Made by a program: the position numbers and the translations under genes
Shown: piece by piece, positions 1 through 9,639 of the stretch
Numbering within the stretch: position 1 is the stretch's first letter
Layout of the letters: every line of letters starts with the position of its first letter
Source of the DNA: Eubacteriales bacterium
GTDB lineage: Bacteria > Bacillota > Clostridia > Oscillospirales > Butyricicoccaceae
DNA: 64,000 nucleotides
Assembly (NCBI GenBank): GCA_030524285.1
Contig: JAUNGQ010000009.1
Location: 458-64,457, forward strand
Reading direction: 5' to 3'
Notes under the pieces: model-generated
Seen by the model: the letters and a program-made list of their open reading frames with translations, nothing else
What the model was told of the DNA's origin: nothing
Database searches by the model: none

Positions 1-518
1 CTTCCGCCGCGTTTCAAATATTCCAGTGTATCTACAGAAAAATACGGATATGTATTTTTCATCAGGCGCGGAATCATATCCAGAATCGTATCCCATGTCC
101 TGCCTTCTTCCAGCCAACGTACAACGGTCAGCACCATTGCAGCCTGTCCAAGGCTTCCGCTCATGGAATCAAAAGCAGCGATTTCCAGTCCTTCGGTTTC
201 TTCTGCCATCATGCGAACCATCTGATAGCATCCGCTCAGACCACTGGACAACATAATTGCAATGGCCTTGTTATATCCGTCATCCTTTATCTTTTGGATC
301 GTATCTGCAATGACAGCGCCGGAGGGTAATGAAGTTTTAATCACCTCATCTGGCTGACGACGGTAGACGTCAGCCGGAAAGATATCGACGCCATCCTGAT
401 AAGAGCCCTCTGCAAAGGTAATCGTAAACGGAACGACATAAATCGAATATCGCTTCAAAACTTCTGCTGGAATATCAGCACAGGAATCTGTCAGCAGTGC
501 AATTTTATCAGCGTTCAT
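1..518 (-). CDS. DegV family fatty-acid-binding protein (3' end outside window)
   Basis: Manual translation from ATG at 518: MNADKIALLTDSCADIPAEVLKRYSIYVVPF...DGVDI...KTSLPS. These are the DegV TDS and TSxP motifs; GAGGAGG RBS upstream. Not in the ORF track because it is truncated. Confidence 0.9.
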   Translation of the reverse strand, partial: MNADKIALLTDSCADIPAEVLKRYSIYVVPFTITFAEGSYQDGVDIFPADVYRRQPDEVIKTSLPSGAVIADTIQKIKDDGYNKAIAIMLSSGLSGCYQMVRMMAEETEGLEIAAFDSMSGSLGQAAMVLTVVRWLEEGRTWDTILDMIPRLMKNTYPYFSVDTLEYLKRGG

Positions 519-625
519 CTTAATTCTCTTCCTCCTCACATCTATATATCAATACAGATGTATTCCTTGTTTTTATTATGTTAATTATACCACAGCAAGG
601 ATAAAATGCAAATATGAATGTACGT

Positions 626-1234
626 TTATGGACGCAGTGACCGAAAAATCAATTGTCGTACCATATGCCATTCCGGTTTGCTATCGGGCTGCTGCTGTGC
701 ACAAAGATTTTTTCCTGCCATGCCAACCAATGCGGACATAATAACATATTCACAAAAACTGTCATCCAACTCCGATGCAATTTCCCCATTCCGGCGTCCA
801 GCCTCAAAAAACTGCTGTTCGCACAGTCTCATCCTCTGAGAAATGTACTGTAGCTTCTCATGGTGCTGTTCATTGATTTGTTTTCTCTGTTCCGAAGAAA
901 CAATAGAGCACAATGCTGCCAGTGAAGAAAATGGCAGAATACGTTCTGTTTGTAGCTCCTCCAGGAAATGATCCAACACCTTGTACAGCGAATCGTGACT
1001 ACTCAACTGGCTCTCAAGCCAATCAGTTATCCGTTCCAGTGCATACAAGACAGCACTGGAAAGAATTTCTTCCTTCGAGCAAAAATATTCATACAACGTG
1101 CCTTTGCCGATTCCAGCGGCTGTTGCAATATCTTGTACCTTAATGCTGGAAAAATCTTTCCCACTGGCAGCAAGGCTGAACAGACCTTGAAAAGCGGCAA
1201 TTTCTTTTGGCGAATAGGTTGTATATTCAGGCAT
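626..1234 (-). CDS. TetR/AcrR family transcriptional regulator
   Basis: HTH motif IKVQDIATAAGIGKGTLYEYF. The ATG at 1234 overlaps the RND stop (ATGCCTGA). Confidence 0.9.
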   Translation of the reverse strand: MPEYTTYSPKEIAAFQGLFSLAASGKDFSSIKVQDIATAAGIGKGTLYEYFCSKEEILSSAVLYALERITDWLESQLSSHDSLYKVLDHFLEELQTERILPFSSLAALCSIVSSEQRKQINEQHHEKLQYISQRMRLCEQQFFEAGRRNGEIASELDDSFCEYVIMSALVGMAGKNLCAQQQPDSKPEWHMVRQLIFRSLRP

Positions 1235-4200
1235 CGATTTCACCATCCTGTTCGCCGATATCAACACGCTTCATTTCCTTTTTCCGGTTCAGAAGGTCAT
1301 AAATTACCGGTACAATGACCAGCGTCAGAACTGTCGCGTAGGAAAGGCCGCCGATGACAACAATGGCCATGGACTGTCCTATTTCTGAACCAGTACCGAT
1401 ACCAAGCGCCATTGTAGACATGGAAAGAATGGTTGTCAGTGCAGTCATCAGAATCGGGCGCATACGCATTTTTCCAGCCTCCACCAGTGCATCCCGCTTT
1501 GGCATGCCATCCAGTCGCAGCTCGTTGACACAGCTAACAAAGACAATACCATTATTTACGACAACGCCCGCCAGCAAAACAAATCCAAGCATTGCAATCA
1601 CAGACAGCTCCTGTCTGGTGATAACCAGCGCCAGCAAACCGCCGGTAAAGGCAAGCGGCAACGTAAACATAACAATAAACGGGCTGAGCAGGCTCTGGAA
1701 CTGCGCTACCATAATCAGATAGATGAAAATGACAGCCAACAGGAGCATCAGAAGCACATCACTCATTGCTTCCATGATCGTTTCATTTTCACCGGTCATT
1801 TCCAGACGCATTCCTTCCGGAACTTCATAAGCATCCATGATTTCCTGTACCTCACGGCTGACCAGTGTTACATTATGTTCATCATCTACCGCAGCGGTTA
1901 CAGACATGGTTCTCTCATTATTGGAACGGTTGATCGAAGTCGGTGCCTTGCTTTCTTTCTGGGATGCAATGGTATCCAGCGCAACATCCTTTTTCTCGCC
2001 TGTCGTAGCGTCGGTTGATTCAATGGTCTGCTTCATCAGGTTTTCCGTTGTCACCTCAGACGGCTTGATCACAACAACCTGCAATTCCTCTGCCCCGACT
2101 GTCAATGTCGTAGAATTTACTTCATTGGTCAAATCGGCTGCAAGAGATGCATAAACCTGTGCGACAGTCAAGCCTTCCCGCATCGCGGCATCCTTATTGA
2201 CGGTAATTACCTTCTGCATGTCAGGATCCTCATTACCGTCTGAAATTTCCTCCAAACCTTCTACACCCTCAAGCTTTTTCGCAAGATCTGCACAAACCTC
2301 CTGGAGCTGATCGAGATCGTTACCATAGACATCAATTTGTACACCCGCACCGGAAATCGCACTCATATCCATGGTAGATTCTGAAACACTCATTTCACAA
2401 TTCAGGCTTTCCGTCTGTTTTTCAATTTCATCCGCAATGGCGCTGTTGTCAGCGCCTTCATCTAAAATCAAGTAAAAGGTGACGCCTCCGTCCTCAGAAT
2501 CAGACAACATACTGGAACTTCCGGACATTGCGCCGACTGTCTGTACACCATCAATATCCTGCATGATTTTGATTGCCTTATCGACAACCGCTTCTGTCTC
2601 AATTTCGTCCGAACCATCTGGCATGGTCAATGTTGCACTCATCTGGTCAGAAGACATGGACGGGATAAAGCTCATGCCCATATTGACTGTGCAGTAACCC
2701 GCAAAGACAAGCAGCGCTACCACAGAAATCAATGTGACCGCACGATGCGACAGGCACCAGCGTAGAATCCTTTCATACAGATGAAGGAATCCATCGAAAC
2801 GACTATACGATTTCTTCTTTTCCTTTTTCAGCATCGAGGAACCCATAGCCGGTACAACCGTCAGCGCTACAATAAACGACGCAGAAAGGGAATATGCAAT
2901 CGTCAGTCCCATATCAGAAAAAATCTGTCGGGTCATACCCTCCGTGAATACAATCGGCAGGAATACACAAATCGTGGTCAGTGTCGAAGCAAAAATCGCG
3001 CCGCTCATCTGCTCTGCACCGCGTACAGCCGCCTTTGCTGCCGGCATACCCTCATTGCGTAGTCGGTAAATATTCTCAATAACAACAATGGAGTTATCAA
3101 CCAGCATACCGACACCCAGCGCCAGACCGGACAGGGATATCATGTTGAGCGTCATATTACTGAAATACATCAGAACAATGGCAAACAAAACGCTAAGCGG
3201 AATGCTGAATGCAATGATAATGGTTGGACGGATATCTCGCAGGAATACCAGCAGAACAAGCACAGCCAACAGTCCGCCGAATACCAGATTGGAAAGTACA
3301 TTGCTGATAATCAGATGGATATAATCACCCTGATCCATCAATGGTGTGATGTGTACCTTTTCATCCTCTCCATGTAGCTCTTCAATTTCCGCATTGATGG
3401 AATCGGACACCGTAGATGTGGATGCGGTAGACTGCTTGGAGAAGCTCAAAATGACTGCATCATTGCCATTTACCTTAGCAAAGGAATCGTCCTCATTTTC
3501 ACTGGAGTATTTCACGGATGCCACATCGGACAGCCGGATGTCCCCAATATCATCCAGATCCATGCTGAACAGAATCATATTGGACAGCTGATCCATGGAG
3601 TCATAGGTTTTGCCAACCTTCAGAACATAGGAATTGTCATTTTTGTCCGAAATATAGCCCGCCGGCATTTCAAAGTTTTCCGCAATCAGGATATTGCTGA
3701 TCATGTCTGCTGTAATAATACCGCTGATATCTGCGGATTCATATGCGGCATCTCTTGCATCCTCAAATTCCGCAGTGGCTTCATCCAGCTGCGCCTGCGC
3801 ACTTTCCAGTGACGCCTGTCCGGCTGTGATCTGTGCCGCTCCCTGCGCAATGCCAATGGTAGCCGAAAGCTTGGCGGATTCCAACTGTGCATATGCTTCC
3901 TGCGCCTGTTTCAAAGAGGATTCGAGCTTTGTTTTCATAGCGGAGGCCGTTGCCAGCTCGGTATTGATATTGTTCAGTTCAGAGGTAATTTCTTCCACGC
4001 GCTCAGCGGCATACGAGGTTGTTGTCACCAGTGTGGAAAAATCGGAACGGGACACACCGGAGATCTGAGACAAATCCACCTTATCAGAGGTCAGCTCCTG
4101 CAAAGCTGCAATCGCAGCTGCATATTTCTCATCGCTCATGGAACCGATGTACGCTGCCGGATCCTTCAAGGCTTCCAGTATCTGGGAAGAACTGTTGGCA

Positions 4201-5171
4201 ATATTGGAAATATCCTCGGACGTCGGCGGGAAGCTGATATCTGGAATGTTACCGGTCAGATCATAGGCAACAATCATAATCGCAAGCGCACGGATCTGGT
4301 CATCCATATCCGCATACTGCTGTAATGCTTCCAATTCTGTTTGAAACGCAGTTTTGTTGGCTGTCAACGTTGTTTCCTGACTCAGCAGAGCATTGAGCTG
4401 CGCATTGATGGCATCCACCTGTGCACTCGCTTCACCCAGCTGTCCTGCAGCTGAGCTTGCCTGAGAATCCAGAGCACTCTGACCGGATTTCAGCTGTGCT
4501 TTTGCAGAATCCAGCTCAGATTGTCCTTTGTCCAACTGCCGCTTTGCGTCAGCCAGATTTGCGTCAACTGCGGCCAGAACCTTATCATTCAACGCATCAA
4601 TTTTATCCTGATCCAGTGTCACCTGAATTTCCGATGTCAGCAGTCCCGTCGTATCAACGGATGCCACACCATCCAGACGTTCAAACCGTGTCAGCAGCTC
4701 ATCACTGACATAATCGGAAACCTCCTTGGCTTCCATACCATCTACATCGACACTGGCAACCATAACCGGCATCATATCCGGTGTAATTTGCATCATAACC
4801 GGGGCGCTTGCATTCTCCGGCAGCGTACCCTTGATCTGGTCAATGGTATTGCTCATTTCAATACTGACCGCATTCATATCGGTTCCCTGTGCAAATTCCA
4901 TCACAACGATGCCAACATTTTCATTGGACGTGGATGTGATATTTTTCAAACCGGTTGTCTTGCCCAATGCAGACTCCAATGGCTTCGTAACAGACGTTTC
5001 CACGGATTCCGGCGTTGCGCCTGGATCTGCCGCATATACAATCATATAAGGCAAATCCATATTCGGCAGCAGGTCCGTTGTCATTTTGATGAAAGCAACA
5101 ACACCCAATACAAGTACCAGCACAATGCCCACCAAAACGGTAAATGGTTTTTTGACACTGAATTTTGACAT
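1227..5171 (-). CDS. AcrB/SwrC-like RND efflux transporter with large coiled-coil insertion (1314 aa)
   Basis: N-terminal TM plus DLLPNMDLP; GMLVDNSIVVIENI (TM4), GVVVNNGIV (TM10) and RMRPILMT (TM11). Confidence 0.92.
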   Translation of the reverse strand: MSKFSVKKPFTVLVGIVLVLVLGVVAFIKMTTDLLPNMDLPYMIVYAADPGATPESVETSVTKPLESALGKTTGLKNITSTSNENVGIVVMEFAQGTDMNAVSIEMSNTIDQIKGTLPENASAPVMMQITPDMMPVMVASVDVDGMEAKEVSDYVSDELLTRFERLDGVASVDTTGLLTSEIQVTLDQDKIDALNDKVLAAVDANLADAKRQLDKGQSELDSAKAQLKSGQSALDSQASSAAGQLGEASAQVDAINAQLNALLSQETTLTANKTAFQTELEALQQYADMDDQIRALAIMIVAYDLTGNIPDISFPPTSEDISNIANSSSQILEALKDPAAYIGSMSDEKYAAAIAALQELTSDKVDLSQISGVSRSDFSTLVTTTSYAAERVEEITSELNNINTELATASAMKTKLESSLKQAQEAYAQLESAKLSATIGIAQGAAQITAGQASLESAQAQLDEATAEFEDARDAAYESADISGIITADMISNILIAENFEMPAGYISDKNDNSYVLKVGKTYDSMDQLSNMILFSMDLDDIGDIRLSDVASVKYSSENEDDSFAKVNGNDAVILSFSKQSTASTSTVSDSINAEIEELHGEDEKVHITPLMDQGDYIHLIISNVLSNLVFGGLLAVLVLLVFLRDIRPTIIIAFSIPLSVLFAIVLMYFSNMTLNMISLSGLALGVGMLVDNSIVVIENIYRLRNEGMPAAKAAVRGAEQMSGAIFASTLTTICVFLPIVFTEGMTRQIFSDMGLTIAYSLSASFIVALTVVPAMGSSMLKKEKKKSYSRFDGFLHLYERILRWCLSHRAVTLISVVALLVFAGYCTVNMGMSFIPSMSSDQMSATLTMPDGSDEIETEAVVDKAIKIMQDIDGVQTVGAMSGSSSMLSDSEDGGVTFYLILDEGADNSAIADEIEKQTESLNCEMSVSESTMDMSAISGAGVQIDVYGNDLDQLQEVCADLAKKLEGVEGLEEISDGNEDPDMQKVITVNKDAAMREGLTVAQVYASLAADLTNEVNSTTLTVGAEELQVVVIKPSEVTTENLMKQTIESTDATTGEKKDVALDTIASQKESKAPTSINRSNNERTMSVTAAVDDEHNVTLVSREVQEIMDAYEVPEGMRLEMTGENETIMEAMSDVLLMLLLAVIFIYLIMVAQFQSLLSPFIVMFTLPLAFTGGLLALVITRQELSVIAMLGFVLLAGVVVNNGIVFVSCVNELRLDGMPKRDALVEAGKMRMRPILMTALTTILSMSTMALGIGTGSEIGQSMAIVVIGGLSYATVLTLVIVPVIYDLLNRKKEMKRVDIGEQDGEIDA

Positions 5172-5200
5172 AATCTTTTCTCCTGCGTAAAAATATCAAC

Positions 5201-5258
5201 AGAGCCGACCGACTGGTCAGTTCTGTATCAGTTTAGCACCAGCGTAATTTGATGTCAA
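5201..5258 (-). promoter_or_regulatory. sigmaA promoter of the RND-tetR operon with putative TetR operator
   Basis: TTGACA(5258-5253)-17 bp-TAAACT(5235-5230) with extended TG. An imperfect palindrome AGAGCCGACCGACTGGTCAGTTCT at 5201-5224 lies just downstream of the predicted TSS. Confidence 0.7.
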
Positions 5259-5428
5259 TTGATTTTGGAAAAAGAAACTATACTATAACACAATAGCCCC
5301 AATTCGCTGCATTTCGAAATAATCACCAAAACCAAACAGCATTTTTTGTAGCATTATCCATATACAAAAACAATAAAATCCAGTATAATAACAATAATGA
5401 TTTTTGTTTTTATTTAGGAGGGATTATT

Positions 5429-6055
5429 ATGTTAGACAGAAAAGCATTTGACAGCATTTCCTATTCCATAGCTATTGTCGGAAGCAGCCTCGATGGCGCA
5501 TTCCGCGGCTGTACCGTCAACTCGTTACAGCAGCTCACATCATCTATGCCGGCAAAATTTTCTGTTACGCTAAATAAATATAACCTCACAGAAGCTGCTG
5601 TCGAGCAGACAGGTGCATTCTGTGCAACAGTTGCAGCAGACAATTGTCCAGATTCGATTATCAAGCTGTTTGGCTACAAGTCCGGCCGCGTAACTGATAA
5701 GTTTGCTGAATATGAAACCAAAACAGATGAAGCCGGATGCCCGTATATCACAGAGGGTATGGCAGTCCGCATGAGTTTCCGTGTACAACAACAGGTTGAT
5801 CTCGGCTCTCATATGCTGTTTATTGCAGAAGTGACCGAAGCGGAAATTCTCCAACCCGGCGGCGTACTGACTGTTGAAATGTTCAAAAACGCCGGTAAAG
5901 TTGTGCCTTCTAATGCACCGATCTACCGCACGCTCGACGAACATTATGGTTATCGTTGCTCTGTCTGCGGCTATGTCCATAAATCGGACACGCTCCCAGA
6001 CGACTTCCGTTGTCCTGTATGCAAACAGCCTGCCAGCAAATTTGAAAAATTATAA
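5429..6055 (+). CDS. Flavin reductase domain + C-terminal rubredoxin-like domain (high-molecular-weight rubredoxin-like)
   Basis: GCTVNS, FGYKSGR and GSHMLFIAEV flavin reductase motifs; C-terminal CSVCGY...CPVC; AGGAGG RBS. Confidence 0.88.
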   Translation: MLDRKAFDSISYSIAIVGSSLDGAFRGCTVNSLQQLTSSMPAKFSVTLNKYNLTEAAVEQTGAFCATVAADNCPDSIIKLFGYKSGRVTDKFAEYETKTDEAGCPYITEGMAVRMSFRVQQQVDLGSHMLFIAEVTEAEILQPGGVLTVEMFKNAGKVVPSNAPIYRTLDEHYGYRCSVCGYVHKSDTLPDDFRCPVCKQPASKFEKL

Positions 6056-6118
6056 TATTTGACGATACTCCCCGATCCATGCTATGATATCCACAGTATG
6101 CATCGGGGAGGTTTTTTT

Positions 6119-6940
6119 ATGTTTGCACCGAATACTGCGCAACGCATGATTACAACACAATTCAGTCGGAAAATCTGGAATCCAATCCGCCGAGCTGTAA
6201 AAGATTATCAGCTGATTCTTCCCGGTGACCGCATTGCCGTGTGTATTTCCGGCGGTAAGGATTCCCTGCTGCTTGCCTGCGCCCTGACGATGCTGCAAAA
6301 CATTTCTGATATCCCATTTACTGTTATCGGTCTGTCCATGGACCCGGGATATACAGTACAAAGTCGCATGCAGATCGAGAACAATATCAAAAAGCTTGGT
6401 TTGGAAACCACCTGGTACGCAACCCATCTGTTTGAAACCGTGAATCAGGAAACCGATAATCCCTGTTTCTTGTGCTCCCGCCTGCGCCGTGGCAGTTTAT
6501 ATGCAAAGGCGTTGGAGCTGGGCTGTAATAAAATTGCACTGGGACATCATTTTGATGATGTTGTCGAGACAACATTGATGTCTATGCTCTATGGCGGTCA
6601 GGTGCAGACTATGCTGCCGAAAATCCGTGCAAAAAACTATCCTGGTATGCAGGTTATCCGCCCGCTGTATCTGGTACGGGAGCGTGACGTACTTGCGTGG
6701 CGCGATACATGTGAACTGGAATGCCTTGCCTGCTCCTGTGACTTTGCCGCAAAGGCAAAACAGGAAAACCGCTCGGAATCATCCAAACGATATGAGATCA
6801 AACAGCTGATTGCCAGCTTGGAACAGCAAAACGATCAAGTGGCAAAGAATATATTCAACAGCGTGAAGAATGTCAATGTGGATGATATCCTCGGCTGGCA
6901 TAAAGGCAAAGAGCAGCATACATTTCTTGATGATTATTGA
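6119..6940 (+). CDS. ttcA: TtcA-family tRNA 2-thiocytidine biosynthesis protein
   Basis: PP-loop SGGKDS, CFLCSRLRRG, GHHFDD and IRPL. Start set at the ATG at 6119 after GGGGAGG; the TTG at 6059 looks like a -35 box. Confidence 0.85.
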   Translation: MFAPNTAQRMITTQFSRKIWNPIRRAVKDYQLILPGDRIAVCISGGKDSLLLACALTMLQNISDIPFTVIGLSMDPGYTVQSRMQIENNIKKLGLETTWYATHLFETVNQETDNPCFLCSRLRRGSLYAKALELGCNKIALGHHFDDVVETTLMSMLYGGQVQTMLPKIRAKNYPGMQVIRPLYLVRERDVLAWRDTCELECLACSCDFAAKAKQENRSESSKRYEIKQLIASLEQQNDQVAKNIFNSVKNVNVDDILGWHKGKEQHTFLDDY

Positions 6941-6943
6941 GTA

Positions 6944-6989
6944 AAAAATAACGCTTTCCGGCACCTTTCCACCAGAAAGCGTTATTTTT
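6944..6989. terminator. Bidirectional intrinsic terminator
   Basis: 15 bp inverted repeat AAAAATAACGCTTTC / GAAAGCGTTATTTTT between convergent genes. Confidence 0.85.
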
Positions 6990-7016
6990 CAATATAAAAG
7001 GATATTGGATATTCAA

Positions 7017-7553
7017 TTAAGCAGGTGTGCTCAGACGCCGGACAGAGCCGTTAAAATGGGTCAGAGAATAAATATACATTGGGTCTACGTTCTCGAACCA
7101 GTCCAGATGATCCAACGCAACACAACGGCACTTCTTCCATGTTTCATTTTTAGAAGCATTGGCCATAGCAGATGCCAGCTCTTTCATCATACGCGGCTGA
7201 TGCTGTGCCTTTGCATCTGTTACATTGACATGCATTGTAATCTTGTCAGCGCCTGCGATGTCAAATTCCTTTGCCAGCAGCTCCATCAGGAACCATGCCT
7301 TGATATAATCATCGGTCTCCGTCATGAGAGATTCACCATCCGCCATGCGGAATATCTCGCCGTCCAGCTCACCCATTTCCGAATAAGTCGGATCAATATC
7401 AAATTCACGTGCACCATGTACAAATGCAGCAGCCATGCGCATTGCCATAGAAGTGGAGTTTGCCGCCTTCTTCAATTCACCATCAGAGCCGTATTCAGCC
7501 AATGTATCTTTCAGCATCTTCTCAAATGGGACAATCATATTCTTCTTCACCAT
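7017..7553 (-). CDS. Hypothetical protein (178 aa)
   Basis: AAGGAG RBS before ATG at 7553; own promoter and terminator; protein-like composition; no motif recognised. Confidence 0.75.
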   Translation of the reverse strand: MVKKNMIVPFEKMLKDTLAEYGSDGELKKAANSTSMAMRMAAAFVHGAREFDIDPTYSEMGELDGEIFRMADGESLMTETDDYIKAWFLMELLAKEFDIAGADKITMHVNVTDAKAQHQPRMMKELASAMANASKNETWKKCRCVALDHLDWFENVDPMYIYSLTHFNGSVRRLSTPA

Positions 7554-7581
7554 AATAACAAGCTCCTTTTTCAAATTAAAC

Positions 7582-7691
7582 AAAAAAGCGCAATCGCACC
7601 TCACATACTGTGAAGCTTGATTACGCCATTGTAATTCCTTAATTCAATTTCTTCTACTATCTATTGTATGCTTTTTATTTGCATTGCGCAA
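7582..7691 (-). promoter_or_regulatory. Promoter plus leader attenuator with ANTAR-like hairpin overlapping a terminator
   Basis: TTGCGC-17-TACAAT (7691-7663). The hairpin ATTAC-AATGGC-GTAAT (7635-7620) overlaps the stem GCGTAATC...GATTGCGC-TTTTTT (7626-7582). Confidence 0.65.
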
Positions 7692-7954
7692 TCAGCTTTT
7701 TTCACAAAATAACGTGGATAAAAGCTGATATTTTTGATTTTTTACTTTCGATTATACTGCATAATTGGATAAAATTGTTACCACTTTCATATTTTTTTTG
7801 CATTTTCTGCAATAATATGCAAAATCCAGTGCATATTGTACTTACAAAGTATGATTTTATCATACTTTTCAATATACCTCATTTCAAGTAAAATTATTTC
7901 AGGAAAATCATGACCGTCAGATCTATAAACTATATGGAAAATGATGTGATCTTT

Positions 7955-7986
7955 TTGTAAACCTATTTCTATTTTTCGGTTTACTT
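7955..7986. promoter_or_regulatory. BirA (biotin repressor) operator
   Basis: TTGTAAACC-N14-GGTTTACTT upstream of bioB, overlapping a candidate -35 (TTTACT-17-TACAAT). Confidence 0.8.
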
Positions 7987-8046
7987 TATCTGCATTTTGA
8001 TGTACAATAGGACACATAGCATCTTTTCTCAGGGAGGGACACCACC

Positions 8047-9012
8047 ATGACGGTTTGTGAATACACCGATTTTGTCAAAAATGGCGGCAAAATTAGCCGT
8101 GAACAGGCATTGGAGCTGGCAGAAGCGCCTTTGCAGGAGCTATGTACGGCAGCAAATGAAATCCGGAAGCATTTCTGTGGCAACGGCTTTGATATTTGTA
8201 CAATTATCAATGCAAAAAGTGGAAAATGCTCGGAAAACTGCAAATTCTGCGCCCAGTCTGCACACTACCACACCGGTGCGGAAACCTATGCCATGCTGGA
8301 TACGCAAAGCATAGTCGCACAGGCAAAAAACAATGACAGCCGCGGTGTACTGCGGTATTCCCTTGTTACCTCCGGCAAACGTTTGACTGCCGACGAAGTC
8401 GCACAGGAGTGCGAAAGCATTCGCGCTGTTCGGGAACAGACTGGAATTGCCGTATGTATTTCCAATGGCCTTCTGGATGAAGCATCCTATCGCAAGCTGC
8501 GGGAAGCCGGCGCTACGCGTGTACATAATAATCTGGAAACCTCACGACGGAATTTCCCCAATGTATGTACTACACATACCTTTGATGAAAAATGTAATGC
8601 CATCCGTGCAGCAAAAGCTGCCGGATTGAGTGTCTGCTCCGGCGGCATTGTCGGCATGGGAGAAACGATGGAAGACCGCATTGATCTTGTTCTGGAACTG
8701 CGTGAGCTGGATGTCCATTCCATTCCGGTCAATATGCTCAATCCGGTTCCGGGCACACCCTATGAACATCTGCCAAAGCTGACCAATGACGATATGTGCC
8801 GCATTGTTGCAGTATTCCGTTTTCTAATTCCCGATGCATCCATCCGCTTGGCAGGCGGACGCGGATTGTTGCCGGATAAAGGACGCGCCTGTTTCTGTTC
8901 CGGTGCAAATGCAGCCATTTCCGGTGATATGCTGACCACAGCCGGTATTACGATAGAAACCGATATGGCATTATTAAAGGAACTGGGCTATGTACCGCAA
9001 AAGTGCCATTGA
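8047..9012 (+). CDS. bioB: Biotin synthase
   Basis: Radical SAM motif CSENCKFCAQS; HNNLETS, CSGGIVGMGE and SIRLAGGR. Confidence 0.96.
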   Translation: MTVCEYTDFVKNGGKISREQALELAEAPLQELCTAANEIRKHFCGNGFDICTIINAKSGKCSENCKFCAQSAHYHTGAETYAMLDTQSIVAQAKNNDSRGVLRYSLVTSGKRLTADEVAQECESIRAVREQTGIAVCISNGLLDEASYRKLREAGATRVHNNLETSRRNFPNVCTTHTFDEKCNAIRAAKAAGLSVCSGGIVGMGETMEDRIDLVLELRELDVHSIPVNMLNPVPGTPYEHLPKLTNDDMCRIVAVFRFLIPDASIRLAGGRGLLPDKGRACFCSGANAAISGDMLTTAGITIETDMALLKELGYVPQKCH

Positions 9013-9084
9013 ATGGAATCCTCCCTCAGAGCAGGGAGGATTTTTCTTTCTCATCTTTTCAGTTCAACATTTTTCTTTCCAAAA

Positions 9085-9111
9085 TGAAAGTTTTCAGTCC
9101 TCTGCATCGTA
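9085..9111 (+). promoter_or_regulatory. Putative autoregulatory ECF promoter
   Basis: TGAAAG-17-CGTA upstream of the ECF gene, resembling the SigW/SigV-type TGAAAC...CGTA. Confidence 0.55.
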
Positions 9112-9147
9112 TTACAGATAAGAGCGCTCCAAAGGAGGAATGATATT

Positions 9148-9639
9148 ATGATTGACAAGCAACAGGCGGAATATTTGGCTAACACTTATGCTGATATGAT
9201 TCTCCGCTTGAGTTATACGTATCTGAAAAATACCCATGATGCACAGGATATCTGCCAGACAGTTTTCGTAAAGCTGTTGACGCATCCACAGAAATTTGAA
9301 AACAAAAGTCATGAAAAGGCTTATATCATGCGCATGACAGTCAATGCCTGCAAGGATATGTTAAAAAATCCATGGCGGCGGAAAACCTGTGGATTGGAGG
9401 TTATTGCCGATGTTCCTGCTCCTAAAACCGAAGACAGCTCTATCCTTACCACAGTGAACGCATTGCCGACACGTTACCGCTCTGTGATTTATCTGTATTA
9501 TTATGAAGGCTATCAGGCATCCGAAATTGGTGAAATTTTAGGTATCCCTACAGCTACTGTACACACCCGACTTGCTCGTGGACGAAAAAAGCTGAAAACG
9601 ATGTTAGGAGGTTTTGGTTATGAAGAAGCGTTTGAATGA
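9148..9639 (+). CDS. ECF-subfamily sigma-70 factor
   Basis: Region 2 DAQDICQTVF; region 4 LYYYEGY...EIGEILGIPTATVHTRLARGR. Confidence 0.93.
   Translation: MIDKQQAEYLANTYADMILRLSYTYLKNTHDAQDICQTVFVKLLTHPQKFENKSHEKAYIMRMTVNACKDMLKNPWRRKTCGLEVIADVPAPKTEDSSILTTVNALPTRYRSVIYLYYYEGYQASEIGEILGIPTATVHTRLARGRKKLKTMLGGFGYEEAFE

Noticed and set aside
7787-8017. 76 aa ORF (and 7664-7891) upstream of bioB
   Set aside because: AT-rich promoter region overlapping the BirA box; no RBS or homology cue.
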